From the NCBI GenBank assembly GCA_965601625.1, contig CBFCWO010000006.1, positions 2,101-66,100 on the forward strand: DNA of 64,000 nt, in the 5' to 3' direction. The position numbers and the translations under genes were made by a program. Below the pieces are notes generated by a model. The model did no database searches and was not told the DNA's origin. It worked only from the letters and a program-made list of their open reading frames with translations. Shown piece by piece: positions 47,889 through 58,040 of this stretch (position 1 is its first letter; the number at the start of each line of letters is the position of its first letter). Origin of the DNA: an uncultured Flavobacteriaceae bacterium (GTDB taxonomy: Bacteria; Bacteroidota; Bacteroidia; Flavobacteriales; Flavobacteriaceae).

Positions 47889-48428
47889 TTAGAATTTTAT
47901 CAGTCGGTATCCCTGGTCCTGTAACTGGATCAGGGCAGTCATGGCAGAAAGTGATAATTGCACACCCTCCACAGTATTTTCAATAGGTACTTTCCGGGCT
48001 ATGGAGGATTGTCCGCAGAACAGGATATCTGCGCCTGCCTCCATGAGCTGCTTTAAAAGCGGGCCATTTGGGTTGGGTATTCCGAAGGCCTCCTTGTAGG
48101 CCTCATCATTCAACAGGTCCATACTCGCTTTGTTGTGCACCACCAGGGCCACTTTCATCCGCTCGGGAGCTACTCCATTCTGTGCATGCATATTGAGAAA
48201 GCGGGCTGCCGTTTCCATCCATGGATTCACCTGTGTCTTGTCCTCCGGGCTGTTCATTACATCGAAGACGGCTTTGTACATCTTGGAGGTGTCGGTGGGA
48301 TAGGTGGCATTCGGAATCTCCCAGACAGGGCCAAAATCGGGAATGACCGGGCCAGTTTTAGCCTTCTGGGCGACTATTGGCAGGGTAGTAATACAAAGGA
48401 ATAAAAGAATAGGTTTATGGAATATCAT
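47889..48428 (-). CDS. DsrE/DsrF-like family protein with a signal peptide
   Basis: 'KAVFDV', 'ARFLNMH', 'LVVH', single Cys in 'ILFCGQS' and C-terminal 'LQDQGYRLIKF'. Confidence 0.75.
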   Translation of the reverse strand: MIFHKPILLFLCITTLPIVAQKAKTGPVIPDFGPVWEIPNATYPTDTSKMYKAVFDVMNSPEDKTQVNPWMETAARFLNMHAQNGVAPERMKVALVVHNKASMDLLNDEAYKEAFGIPNPNGPLLKQLMEAGADILFCGQSSIARKVPIENTVEGVQLSLSAMTALIQLQDQGYRLIKF

Positions 48429-48568
48429 AGGCTTACGCTGAGTCTGGGCTTAAATATATTCAAAAAGGCCTAATCCGGATAGGTCATGTTCATAAATCGC
48501 CAGGGAGTAGGTTTGAGGTTGCAGTGAATAATGGCTAACTTCAGCCCCTGGAATAATTTCTTCAACCC

Positions 48569-50890
48569 ATGTACCTGGAGGATCTAAACGACGCACAGAA
48601 AGCACCAGTCCTGCATAAGGAAGGCCCCCTTATGGTCATAGCCGGAGCAGGATCGGGAAAGACGCGCGTACTCACGTATCGGATTGCACATCTGATGCAT
48701 CAGGGGGTTGACGCCTTCAATATCCTTGCCCTCACGTTTACCAACAAGGCAGCCAGGGAAATGAAGAAACGGATTGCGGATCTGGTAGGTGGTTCAGAAG
48801 CCAAAAACCTCTGGATGGGAACCTTCCATTCTATTTTTGCAAGATTGTTGCGTTACGATGGGGACAAACTTGGGTACCCCAGTAATTTCACCATTTATGA
48901 CACCCAGGATTCCCAGCGGCTGATCTCTTCCATCATCAAGGAAATGGGGCTGGACAAGGATGTTTATAAATACAAACAGGTCCAGCAGCGCATCTCCTCC
49001 TACAAAAACAGCTTGATTACCGTTAAGGCCTATTTTCAGAATCCCGAGCTGCAGGAAGCCGATGCCATGGCAAAGCGCCCGCGCCTCGGGGAGATCTATC
49101 AGAACTATGTGGACCGCTGCTTTAAGGCCGGCGCCATGGATTTTGACGACCTGCTGCTGAGGACCAACGAGCTCCTGGCAAGGTTCCCGGAAGTCCTAAT
49201 GAAATACCAGGAGCGGTTTCGATATATCCTGGTGGATGAGTATCAGGATACGAACCACTCCCAGTATCTAATTGTAAGAGCCCTTGCGGACCGGTATCAG
49301 AACATCTGCGTAGTGGGTGACGATGCCCAGAGTATCTACTCCTTCAGAGGGGCCAACATCAGCAACATCCTCAACTTCCAGAGGGATTATGATGAGGTGT
49401 CTGTATACCGGCTGGAACAGAATTACCGGTCGACAAAGAACATCGTGCAGGCCGCCAACAGCATCATTGCCAACAACAAAAACCAGCTGGAAAAAGTGGT
49501 ATGGACGGCCAATGAAGAAGGTTCCAAGATCCGGTTGCACCGCAGTCCGACGGATGCAGAAGAAGGCCGGTATGTGGCCGGTTCCATTTTTGAGAACAAA
49601 ATGCAGCTTCAATTGCCCAATGGAGCCTTTGCCGTTTTGTACAGGACGAATTCCCAGTCCAGAGCCATTGAAGATGCCCTTCGAAAACGAGATATCCCCT
49701 ACAGAATCTATGGAGGACTCTCTTTCTATCAACGAAAGGAGATTAAGGATGTGCTCGCCTATCTTCGATTGGTCATCAACCCCGGAGATGAAGAAGCCCT
49801 GAAACGGGTGATCAATTTTCCAGCCCGGGGCATAGGGCAGACCACGGTCGACAAGCTTACCGTAGCTGCAAATCAGTACGGACAGACGATTTTCCAGATC
49901 ATGGAGAATTTGGGGGGTATAGAGATCAAGATAAATAGCGGAACCCGCCGTAAGCTTGAGGATTTCGTAACCATGATCCGGAGTTTTCAAATCCTTAACC
50001 GGGATGCAGATGCGTTTGTATTGGCAGAGCATGTGGCCAAAAAATCCGGCCTTTTGATCGAATTCAAGAAGGACGGTACTCCAGAAGGGATTGCCCGGAT
50101 GGAAAACATTGAGGAATTGCTAAACGGGATCAAGGATTTCGTGGAGGGTCAGAAAGAGCTTGCGGATGCTCAGGGCAATCTTACGGAGTTCCTCGAAGAT
50201 GTGGCCCTTGCCACAGACCTGGATATGGACAAAGGGGATGACGACCGGGTGGCGCTGATGACCATACACCTGGCCAAGGGGCTGGAGTTTCCGTATGTAT
50301 ATATCGTAGGGATGGAGGAGGACCTCTTCCCCTCGGCCATGAGCATGAACACGCGCAGTGAGCTGGAGGAAGAAAGGCGTTTGTTCTACGTTGCCCTGAC
50401 ACGTGCTGAGAAGCAGGCCTACCTTACATATACGCAAAACCGGTACCGGTGGGGAAAGCTCATCGATGCGGAACCAAGCCGTTTCCTGCAGGAGATCGAC
50501 GAGCAGTATGTCGATAATCTCACTCCGGTGGAAACCCACCAGTTCAGATCGCTATTGAACGCAGACATCTTTGGAGATGTAGACAAAAGCAAACTGAGAC
50601 AAAAGAAGCCCATCCGGGGAAAGGCTCCTGCAGGGAACGGCCCCACGGAAAACCAGTTGCGCAGACTGCGGAAGATCAAGCCGCAACTAGGGCATCCTAA
50701 TGGAGTGGATGCCCCCGCAGCCATTGATTTAAAAGAAGGAAGCCTGGTAGACCATTCCAGGTTTGGAAAAGGAACGGTACTGAAAGTTGAAGGAGCGGGC
50801 AACGACCGCAAAGCTGAAATCCGTTTTGAACGGGGGGATGTCAAAAAACTGCTTCTCCGCTTTGCCAAACTACGTTTGCTGGAACCGTAA
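48569..50890 (+). CDS. uvrD: UvrD/PcrA superfamily-1 DNA helicase
   Basis: 'AGAGSGKT', 'TFTNKAAREM', 'LVDEYQD', 'VGDDAQSIYSFRGA', 'LEQNYRS', 'EERRLFYVALTRA' and a C-terminal Tudor-like 'HSRFGKG'. Confidence 0.96.
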   Translation: MYLEDLNDAQKAPVLHKEGPLMVIAGAGSGKTRVLTYRIAHLMHQGVDAFNILALTFTNKAAREMKKRIADLVGGSEAKNLWMGTFHSIFARLLRYDGDKLGYPSNFTIYDTQDSQRLISSIIKEMGLDKDVYKYKQVQQRISSYKNSLITVKAYFQNPELQEADAMAKRPRLGEIYQNYVDRCFKAGAMDFDDLLLRTNELLARFPEVLMKYQERFRYILVDEYQDTNHSQYLIVRALADRYQNICVVGDDAQSIYSFRGANISNILNFQRDYDEVSVYRLEQNYRSTKNIVQAANSIIANNKNQLEKVVWTANEEGSKIRLHRSPTDAEEGRYVAGSIFENKMQLQLPNGAFAVLYRTNSQSRAIEDALRKRDIPYRIYGGLSFYQRKEIKDVLAYLRLVINPGDEEALKRVINFPARGIGQTTVDKLTVAANQYGQTIFQIMENLGGIEIKINSGTRRKLEDFVTMIRSFQILNRDADAFVLAEHVAKKSGLLIEFKKDGTPEGIARMENIEELLNGIKDFVEGQKELADAQGNLTEFLEDVALATDLDMDKGDDDRVALMTIHLAKGLEFPYVYIVGMEEDLFPSAMSMNTRSELEEERRLFYVALTRAEKQAYLTYTQNRYRWGKLIDAEPSRFLQEIDEQYVDNLTPVETHQFRSLLNADIFGDVDKSKLRQKKPIRGKAPAGNGPTENQLRRLRKIKPQLGHPNGVDAPAAIDLKEGSLVDHSRFGKGTVLKVEGAGNDRKAEIRFERGDVKKLLLRFAKLRLLEP

Positions 50891-50951
50891 CGCCAAAAAT
50901 ACGAGCTGGAGTAAATTTTTTGATATCAGAAGCTTACCTAATAAGCATGCC

Positions 50952-51572
50952 ATGGCTGAAATGATTAGGATCTACGAGGAAAATCCCAACCCGAAGGCCG
51001 TAGGCCGCGTTGTGGATGTACTCCGGAATGGGGGGCTTGTCATTTACCCAACAGACACCGTTTACGGTTTGGGGTGTGACATAACCAATTCGCGGGCCCT
51101 GGAAAGGCTGGCCCGTTTGAAGGGCGTTAAGCTGCAGAAAGCCAACTGGTCATTCATCTGCCCCGACCTGAGCAACCTTTCCGACTACGCCCGGCAAATA
51201 GATACGGCAACGTTCAAGATATTGAAAAGAGCCCTCCCGGGCCCATATACCTTTATCCTGCCTGGAAGCAATAAGTTGCCTAAGGATTTTAAGAAAAAGA
51301 AGACCGTGGGCATTCGGGTGCCCGACAATGGGATAGCGCAGGCATTGGTGCAATCATTGGGGCATCCCATCGTTTCCACCTCTATCCGGGATGAAGATGA
51401 TATCCTGGAGTATACTACAGATCCGGAGCTGATCTTCGAGAAATGGAAGAATACCGTAGATGTAGTGGTTGACGGGGGCTATGGTGGGAATGTTGCCTCA
51501 ACTGTGATCGATCTTTCCGGAGCGGAGCCCGAAGTTTTGAGGGAAGGCAAGGGAGACCTCAGCATCCTGTAA
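50952..51572 (+). CDS. Sua5/YciO/YrdC family protein (YciO-like)
   Basis: 'YPTDTVYG', 'LPGPYT', 'GIRVP' and 'STS'. The start is placed at MAEMIRI. Confidence 0.88.
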   Translation: MAEMIRIYEENPNPKAVGRVVDVLRNGGLVIYPTDTVYGLGCDITNSRALERLARLKGVKLQKANWSFICPDLSNLSDYARQIDTATFKILKRALPGPYTFILPGSNKLPKDFKKKKTVGIRVPDNGIAQALVQSLGHPIVSTSIRDEDDILEYTTDPELIFEKWKNTVDVVVDGGYGGNVASTVIDLSGAEPEVLREGKGDLSIL

Positions 51573-51606
51573 AAAAGAAAAACCCCGCAAGTCCATTGCG
51601 GGGTTT
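51571..51606 (-). terminator. Intrinsic terminator between convergent genes, possibly bidirectional
   Basis: 11-bp stem AAACCCCGCAA / TTGCGGGGTTT (51580-51590 / 51596-51606) with a 5-nt loop. The A-run at 51571-51582 gives a U-tract on the minus strand. Confidence 0.8.
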
Positions 51607-51627
51607 CCCAAATGCTATATCCGATCT

Positions 51628-52491
51628 TTATCGGTTTATTTCAGGATCTTGCATTCCTTCTTCGATCATATTGTAGAACTGATCCAGTTTTGGAAGGACT
51701 ACGATACGGGTCCGACGATTTTTAGACCTGTTTTCACCTGTGTCATTGCTAACCAGGGGAATGTAATAGCTGCGCCCTGCTGCGGTCATCCTCGCGGGAT
51801 CGACCTTGAAATCGTTTTGCAGCACACGTACCACTGAAGTGGCCCGCTTCACACTCAGATCCCAGTTGTCCAGGAGGACACCACTTCGGTAGGGTACATT
51901 ATCCGTGTGACCTTCTACCATAAACTCAAAGTCAGGCTTGTTGTTGACCACTTTGGCGACCTTCCCGAGCACCTGCTTGGCGGCATTGGTTACCGTGTAG
52001 CTTCCACTGCGGAAGAGCAACTTGTCTGAGATGGAAATAAATACAACACCTTTTTCCACGCTGACTTCGATATCCTCGTCGTCCAGGTTGCCAAGAACCC
52101 CTTTCAGGCTCTGTACCAGGGCGAGATTGACAGAATCACGTCGCGTTACGGCATCCTGCAACTTGCGGATGGTAAGGTCCTTTTCTTTAAGGCTTTCAAG
52201 GGATTTCTCAAGGTTGTCTGCTCCCTTGGCCGTCAGGGTAGTGAGGTTCCCCATGTTATTGATCAATTCCTGATTGTTGGCTTTCAGAAATGCATTTTCG
52301 TCCTGCAGTGTTTTAAGCTGGGCATCCGCGGTAGCTTTTTCCTCAATACAAGTGTTCAACTTGACAGTGGCTGAATTCAGCAGGTCCTGAGTTTCTTTCT
52401 GCTTGGCCTCCAGATCAGCGTATTTCTTTTGAGAAACGCAGGAGGAAAGCACCAGTGCAAGCCCCAGGCTGCCTATTATCCATTTTTTCAT
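51628..52491 (-). CDS. OmpA/MotB family lipoprotein with an N-terminal coiled coil
   Basis: Lipobox 'LSS-C', 'LLFRSGS', 'VEGHTDNVP', 'NWDLSVKRATSV' and 'NRRTRI'. Confidence 0.9.
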   Translation of the reverse strand: MKKWIIGSLGLALVLSSCVSQKKYADLEAKQKETQDLLNSATVKLNTCIEEKATADAQLKTLQDENAFLKANNQELINNMGNLTTLTAKGADNLEKSLESLKEKDLTIRKLQDAVTRRDSVNLALVQSLKGVLGNLDDEDIEVSVEKGVVFISISDKLLFRSGSYTVTNAAKQVLGKVAKVVNNKPDFEFMVEGHTDNVPYRSGVLLDNWDLSVKRATSVVRVLQNDFKVDPARMTAAGRSYYIPLVSNDTGENRSKNRRTRIVVLPKLDQFYNMIEEGMQDPEINR

Positions 52492-52582
52492 AATCGTGTA
52501 ATAATTTAGAGTTGTTAGAAGTTCGTTACATTCAGGCTTCTACAAAATTAACAAATGTCCCTCCCACTTGGTCAAGACTCCG

Positions 52583-53587
52583 TTAATTTTTTAATAAAAT
52601 ACCAAATGTCCTTATCCTACGTACGTAATAGGACCATACGATGGATGTCGTCTCATAGTATTTTTCCACAAATCGGACCTTTTCCCGTTTGCGGATCATT
52701 TTGAAGTAATGCCGGTAATAACTCAGGTGCGCCCTCAACACCGCCCACATGTGCCTGAATCTCAACTGGAAGAGGAAACGGAGAGCCGCCACGCCATCTA
52801 AGACCAACCGGCACAGTATTATGGGAAAGGCTTTTTTCCGGGGGAGGTTCTTGGTAATGGAATAGAGGGAGTTCCTGAAATTCAGGAAGGTTTTCCTGGG
52901 ATTCATATTGCTGAGCGTGGATCCTCCCATATGGAACACTTCTGAGGCCCCCACATAGAAAACCTTGTAACCATGGTTATGGGCACGCCAGCACAGGTCT
53001 ACTTCTTCCTGATGCGCAAAATAGTCCGAATCAAACCCGCCCAATTCCCAGAATACATCTTTCCGGATAAACATGCAGGCCCCGGTAGCCCAGAAAATCT
53101 CCCGTGTGTCGTTGTATTGCCCTGTATCCCGCTCAAGGCTTTGAAAAATACGTCCCCTGCAGAAAGGGTATCCCAAAAGGTCAATGAAGCCCCCCCCAGC
53201 TCCCGCATACTCAAAACGATCCGGATCCTTGAGGTCCTTGATCTTCGGTTGAACGATTCCAACCTCAGGGCGCGATTTCATCAACCCCAGGATCGGATCC
53301 AACCAGCCCTGGGTGACTTCCACATCGGAGTTCAGCAGGCAGTATACATCAGCCTCCACGGCTTTCAGGGCGGCGTTGTAGCCCCCGGCAAACCCGAGGT
53401 TGCCTTCATTTTGAAGCAGTCTGATCTGCGGATAGTGTTCCCGCACAAAGTCGACAGAATCGTCTGTGGAAGCATTGTCAGCCACGATCAGTTCTGCACC
53501 CGGGCTGTGTTCCACCACGGAGGGCAGGAAGCGCTGGAGCAACTCTTTTCCATTCCAGTTCAGGATCACAATGGCGATTGAGGACAT
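52583..53587 (-). CDS. Glycosyltransferase family 2
   Basis: 'IVILNWNG', 'VADNASTD', 'NLGFAGGYN', 'LLNSDVEV' and 'EEVDLCWR'. Confidence 0.92.
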   Translation of the reverse strand: MSSIAIVILNWNGKELLQRFLPSVVEHSPGAELIVADNASTDDSVDFVREHYPQIRLLQNEGNLGFAGGYNAALKAVEADVYCLLNSDVEVTQGWLDPILGLMKSRPEVGIVQPKIKDLKDPDRFEYAGAGGGFIDLLGYPFCRGRIFQSLERDTGQYNDTREIFWATGACMFIRKDVFWELGGFDSDYFAHQEEVDLCWRAHNHGYKVFYVGASEVFHMGGSTLSNMNPRKTFLNFRNSLYSITKNLPRKKAFPIILCRLVLDGVAALRFLFQLRFRHMWAVLRAHLSYYRHYFKMIRKREKVRFVEKYYETTSIVWSYYVRRIRTFGILLKN

Positions 53588-53682
53588 AAAAGTGCGCGAT
53601 GGACTTTGGGCTGTAAAATTCGAAAGGGGACAAAGTAACTAAATATTTTAGAAACGGATAGGTGATACTTCCTTTGGAAGCC

Positions 53683-54135
53683 TCAATCTGACCTGATATA
53701 CTCCGGAAGGTCCTCCAGGAAGGTATATTGCTGATTTGTGTAGTCCATTTGACAGTAGTAGTGTTGCATCCCGTTGGTAACCATCAGAAATTCAGCTCTG
53801 GCCTGCCAGTTATAGCGCGCGATCTGATCGAATACCCCCTGATCGATCTTTACCGACGGGGCTTTGCATTCCACCAATAGCAAAATGCTGCCATCGGGGT
53901 GGCAAACAGCGAGATCAATTCGCTTTTCCATTCCCTCTACCACTAATCTGCGCTCCACCAGGATACGTCCCGGCGGATATTTTTTGTTCTCAATAATAAA
54001 ATGCAGGCTGTGCTGGCGCACCCATTCCTCGGGGGTGAGCAACACGTATTTCTTCCGGACCACATCAAAGACCTGAGGTTTATTTTCCCTACTTTTGGTT
54101 CGCAAGGGATAGGGAGGAAAATTGAGCCTTTTCAT
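53683..54135 (-). CDS. Stand-alone type I restriction enzyme HsdR N-terminal (PD-(D/E)xK) domain protein
   Basis: 'TPEEWVRQ', 'RIDLAV', 'VECKAP' and 'DQIARYN'. The start is placed at MKRLNFP. Confidence 0.85.
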   Translation of the reverse strand: MKRLNFPPYPLRTKSRENKPQVFDVVRKKYVLLTPEEWVRQHSLHFIIENKKYPPGRILVERRLVVEGMEKRIDLAVCHPDGSILLLVECKAPSVKIDQGVFDQIARYNWQARAEFLMVTNGMQHYYCQMDYTNQQYTFLEDLPEYIRSD

Positions 54136-54157
54136 GTACCGTGGAGTCTTGTAAAAG

Positions 54158-55162
54158 ATGGATGAAGTAAAGAAGATTATAGAAGAAATACAAAAGGGAA
54201 ATCCTGCACCCATCTATTTTTTGATGGGGGAGGAGCCATATTATATCGATCGCATCGCGGCATATATTGAACAAAACATCCTGTCTGAAGAAGAGAAAGG
54301 ATTCAATCAGATGGTCCTCTACGGCAAAGAGGTAAGTGTTGATGAAATCATCTCCAATGCCAAACGGTTCCCGATGATGGCGGAACACCAGGTCGTTATT
54401 GTTCGCGAAGCACAGCATTTGAACCGTACCATCGAGAACCTGCAGTCCTACGCCGAGCAACCCCAACCCAGTACCATTTTGGTGATCTGTTATAAATACA
54501 AAAAGCTCGACAGGCGCAAAAAGCTTATCAAAACCCTCCTTAGCTCCGGGGCTGTGGTCTTTGAAAGCAAGAAGCTATATGAGAACCAGGTGGCCGATTG
54601 GATCCGCAGGGTGCTTCTGGGCAGTGGGTATAAAATTTCACACAAGGCTGCCGCCCTGCTGGTGGAATATTTAGGGGCAGATCTCAGCCGCATTTACAAC
54701 GAACTTGAAAAGCTTAAAGCCATCCTCCCCAAAGGCTCGGAGATCGATCCTCAGGTGATCGAGGAGCATATCGGGATCAGTAAGGACTTCAACAATTTTG
54801 AACTAAAAAAGGCCATCGCGGAACGCGACATTCCCAGGGCGACCCGGATCATCAAATACTTCTCTGAAAACCCCAGGGATAATCCTTTCGTCCTCACCGT
54901 ATCCCTGTTGAACTCCTTCTTCTCTCAATTGCTGCAATACCACGGGTTGCATGATCACAGCCCAAAAAACGTAGCCAGGGCCCTGCATATCAATCCCTAC
55001 TTCGTTAGCGAATATCAAACCGCAGCACGCAACTACCCCATGAAGAAGGTCAGCAAGATCATCGCCGTTTTGCGGGAGATGGACCTTAAGGGAAAAGGCG
55101 TGGCTTCGCCTGCACTGAAACAAAACGAGCTATTGAAGGAATTGCTTTACAGGATCCTGTAA
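54158..55162 (+). CDS. holA: DNA polymerase III subunit delta
   Basis: 'IYFLMGEEPYYID', 'FNQMVLYG', 'FPMMAEHQVVIV' and 'IGISKDFNNFEL'. Confidence 0.92.
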   Translation: MDEVKKIIEEIQKGNPAPIYFLMGEEPYYIDRIAAYIEQNILSEEEKGFNQMVLYGKEVSVDEIISNAKRFPMMAEHQVVIVREAQHLNRTIENLQSYAEQPQPSTILVICYKYKKLDRRKKLIKTLLSSGAVVFESKKLYENQVADWIRRVLLGSGYKISHKAAALLVEYLGADLSRIYNELEKLKAILPKGSEIDPQVIEEHIGISKDFNNFELKKAIAERDIPRATRIIKYFSENPRDNPFVLTVSLLNSFFSQLLQYHGLHDHSPKNVARALHINPYFVSEYQTAARNYPMKKVSKIIAVLREMDLKGKGVASPALKQNELLKELLYRIL

Positions 55163-55163
55163 C

Positions 55164-55544
55164 TTACTTTCTGTCAATGCTGTACTTCCCTGGACCGAGC
55201 AGAAAAATTGCCACAAAAATCACGAGGTAGAGCAGGGACTTTTCTTTGGATCCAAACGGGTCACCGGCGTGTTGAATGAAGCCTGCGACCAGCATGGTAA
55301 CGATGATTGGCACGGATGCCCAGCGTGTTTTAAAGCCGATCAAAACCAGGACGGCACACAGGAACTCGGCCAGGACTGCAAGAAATAGGCTGGGGGCGGC
55401 GCCGATTCCTATAGGGTCTGCAAATTCGATGGGGCCTTCTCCGAATAACCGCTGCAATTTTGGAACGCCGTGGGCGAGCAACATACCCGCCCCCCCGATG
55501 CGCAAAATAATCAGGGCAAGGTTGTATTCAAGGGAACTTTTCAT
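55164..55544 (-). CDS. DoxX family membrane protein
   Basis: 'LRIG.A..L.HG.PKL', 'LIGFKTR' and 'GPGKYSID'. Confidence 0.88.
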   Translation of the reverse strand: MKSSLEYNLALIILRIGGAGMLLAHGVPKLQRLFGEGPIEFADPIGIGAAPSLFLAVLAEFLCAVLVLIGFKTRWASVPIIVTMLVAGFIQHAGDPFGSKEKSLLYLVIFVAIFLLGPGKYSIDRK

Positions 55545-55586
55545 AAAAAGCAGGTTTTAGCATTCCCCTAAATTATTAATAATTGT

Positions 55587-57839
55587 TCAGGATTTCCGCT
55601 GTTCGCTTAGGATTCTTGCCATTTCCCGCAACAGTTCATCACAATTTTCCCGGTTAAAAGGGAGGGGAGGTTTGATTTTCAGCACGTTGTTGGCAGGCCC
55701 ATCCGTACCGATCAGAATTCGGGCGTTGCGCAATTCGTTCTTTAGAAGCACTGCGGCTGCAGTGGCTGGTCCTCCGCCCTGTGCTATCAATTCTACCCCT
55801 ATAAAAAGTCCCTCTCCACGCACATCCGCGATTATGGGGAATTCCGCTGCCAATTCGCCAAGACCTGCTTTCAAATAAGCTCCTGTTTCAGCTGCGCTGG
55901 CCTGAAGGGATTCTTTTTCCAACACTTCAAGGACGGCAAGGCCTGCAGCACAGGATACCGGATTACCGCCAAAAGAACTGAAAAATTCAGGGCCGGTGTC
56001 AAAGCTGGAAGCTATAGCCTCGGTGGTCACTACGGCACCAATCGGATGTCCATTCCCCATAGGTTTTCCCAGAATGACCATATCCGGGACAACCTCGTAT
56101 TTTTCAAAGCCCCACATCCAATGGCCCAACCGTCCGAACCCCACCTGTACCTCGTCACTAATGCAAACCCCGCCCTGGACCCGGACGGCCTGATACACTT
56201 CCGGCAGGAATCCCAGGGGTAATGGTACCTGTCCACCGCACCCCATAATGGGTTCTGCTATAAAGGCAGACACGTCCCCGGAATGCGCCTTGATCAATTG
56301 TTCCGCATAGCGGCTGAAGTACCTTCCCGCAGTGCCATCGTCTTTTTGGTTGCTACCGAAGACTTTGGGCATAGGACAAAGCAGGGTATTGGGATAGGAC
56401 GCCCCCGCCTGATGCTTGTAATGGCTCACTTCAATGGCGGCCACCGTGTTTCCGTGATAGCCGTGTTCCAGGGCAAGGATCCTGGATTTTTGGGTAAAGG
56501 CCCTGCTCAGGCGGAGGGCCAGGTCGGTTGCCGCGCTTCCCGAGTTTACCAGAAACACCCGGCAAAGGTTGGGTGGGAAATACGACAAAAGTCGTTCGCT
56601 GTAGTTCAACAACTCCTCATAGAGGTAGCGGGTATTGGTATTCAGTCGCCTAAGGACCCTTGTCGTTGCTTCCACCACATGCGGATGGCAATGTCCTACG
56701 AGCATGATATTGTTGTAAGCATCCAGAAACCTGTTACCCTCCGTATCGAACATATACTGGAATGCAGCACGTTGCATGGCTATTGGCCTGGAATAACTCA
56801 GGGAAAGTGAAGGGGGAAACCAGTCTTTTCGCTGTCTCAGAAAGTCTTCAGCGTTAGGAAATGGTGGTGTTTGAAGGCCCGCGGCTTCTAAAAAGGCATT
56901 TGCAGCCTTCTCCGGGGAGAGTGCTATCCATCTGCGCAGTAAACTGCGTATGGGTCTTTCACTGATCCGTATGTACTCTGAATCCGGTTTTGAGCGGGCG
57001 GCCAGGGCGCTGTTGCACAAGCTCATGCACATCCGGCCTGCTATGAGGTAATAGAGCAGTCGCAGCTCCAGGGAGGTCAGGTCTATATGCCTGCAGTATG
57101 CCTTGATCACGGTAGTTGCCGTCCCCAAAAGATCATCTTTTCTCATCAGGACATAGGTGAGGCCCACGGCCAGTTCGTTGATCCGCCAGGAGTAGCACAT
57201 GTCCCCAAAGTCGATAATGCCGGAAACTTTTCCTTCCCGGGTCAGCACATTCCAGTCATTTGCGTCATTGTGAATAATCGACTTGGGGAGGGTATACCGA
57301 TCGGGTAACACCGCCGTATCGTATAGTTGAAAGAAATATTCCAACAAGGCCCGATCATGTGGGTCTGCCACGTGGTTCAGCGCTTTGCGCGATAGCTCAA
57401 GGTGCTGCAGGTCCCAGGGGGACACCTCTGCGGACAACAACCCCGGCTCCAGCCTGCCGGATTGCAGGTTGAGACGGCCCAGCATATCTCCAAGGGATTC
57501 CAGGGTGACCTGCTCTATTTCGACCTCAGCCAGGAAATCCCCTTCGAGGAAAGTCAGCAGGCGCATGATCCGGCCATCCCTTTGAACAAAAGGTTTTCCA
57601 TCCCTGGCAATCAATGCACACGGAAATGCATAATGAGCTTCTTTATTCAAGTACCCTGTGAGGTCCTGTTCGAGCTGTAAATGGCTAAGCAGGGATTTGG
57701 TGTGGCGCTGATCTTTCAGGACATATTTGCCCGAATCGGCGGTGACCAGATAGGTCTTGTCTTCATAGCCTTCCAGCAATTCTATGCGTTTGGCTGTGAG
57801 ATCAAAATGCTCCCGGAGCAAATCCTTAAATACGTCCAT
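55587..57839 (-). CDS. Fusion of an aminoglycoside/choline-kinase-like phosphotransferase and a class III PLP enzyme (hydroxylysine kinase / phospho-lyase-like)
   Basis: N-half '[12 protein letters not shown]' and 'IIDFGD'; C-half 'LDAYNN...VGHCHP', 'SGSAA', 'DEVQVGFGR' and 'GKPMGNG'. Confidence 0.85.
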   Translation of the reverse strand: MDVFKDLLREHFDLTAKRIELLEGYEDKTYLVTADSGKYVLKDQRHTKSLLSHLQLEQDLTGYLNKEAHYAFPCALIARDGKPFVQRDGRIMRLLTFLEGDFLAEVEIEQVTLESLGDMLGRLNLQSGRLEPGLLSAEVSPWDLQHLELSRKALNHVADPHDRALLEYFFQLYDTAVLPDRYTLPKSIIHNDANDWNVLTREGKVSGIIDFGDMCYSWRINELAVGLTYVLMRKDDLLGTATTVIKAYCRHIDLTSLELRLLYYLIAGRMCMSLCNSALAARSKPDSEYIRISERPIRSLLRRWIALSPEKAANAFLEAAGLQTPPFPNAEDFLRQRKDWFPPSLSLSYSRPIAMQRAAFQYMFDTEGNRFLDAYNNIMLVGHCHPHVVEATTRVLRRLNTNTRYLYEELLNYSERLLSYFPPNLCRVFLVNSGSAATDLALRLSRAFTQKSRILALEHGYHGNTVAAIEVSHYKHQAGASYPNTLLCPMPKVFGSNQKDDGTAGRYFSRYAEQLIKAHSGDVSAFIAEPIMGCGGQVPLPLGFLPEVYQAVRVQGGVCISDEVQVGFGRLGHWMWGFEKYEVVPDMVILGKPMGNGHPIGAVVTTEAIASSFDTGPEFFSSFGGNPVSCAAGLAVLEVLEKESLQASAAETGAYLKAGLGELAAEFPIIADVRGEGLFIGVELIAQGGGPATAAAVLLKNELRNARILIGTDGPANNVLKIKPPLPFNRENCDELLREMARILSEQRKS

Positions 57840-58040
57840 CCGTAGTGCGGTTTCTCAGGATAAACTTAATAGATTAAGGGGACTCTTTCATGCCTTTACC
57901 CTTATGAATTAAGAAGGTATGTAATCCGTTCACTGAGGAAGCATACCCCTGACAGATAAAAGCAGCGGCCTTTATCCTGAATACGATCCTCAAAAGCGCT
58001 GTCAAGTTCGACCCGGGATTTGAGCCTGTTTGGGAAAACG

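Noticed and set aside
45677-52491. MotB-like genes as evidence for flagella
   Set aside because: No motA or flagellar genes are present. These have signal or lipoprotein peptides and a generic OmpA_C domain.
53683-54135. Possible type I restriction-modification system
   Set aside because: Only the nuclease N-domain is present; there is no helicase, methyltransferase or specificity subunit in the window.
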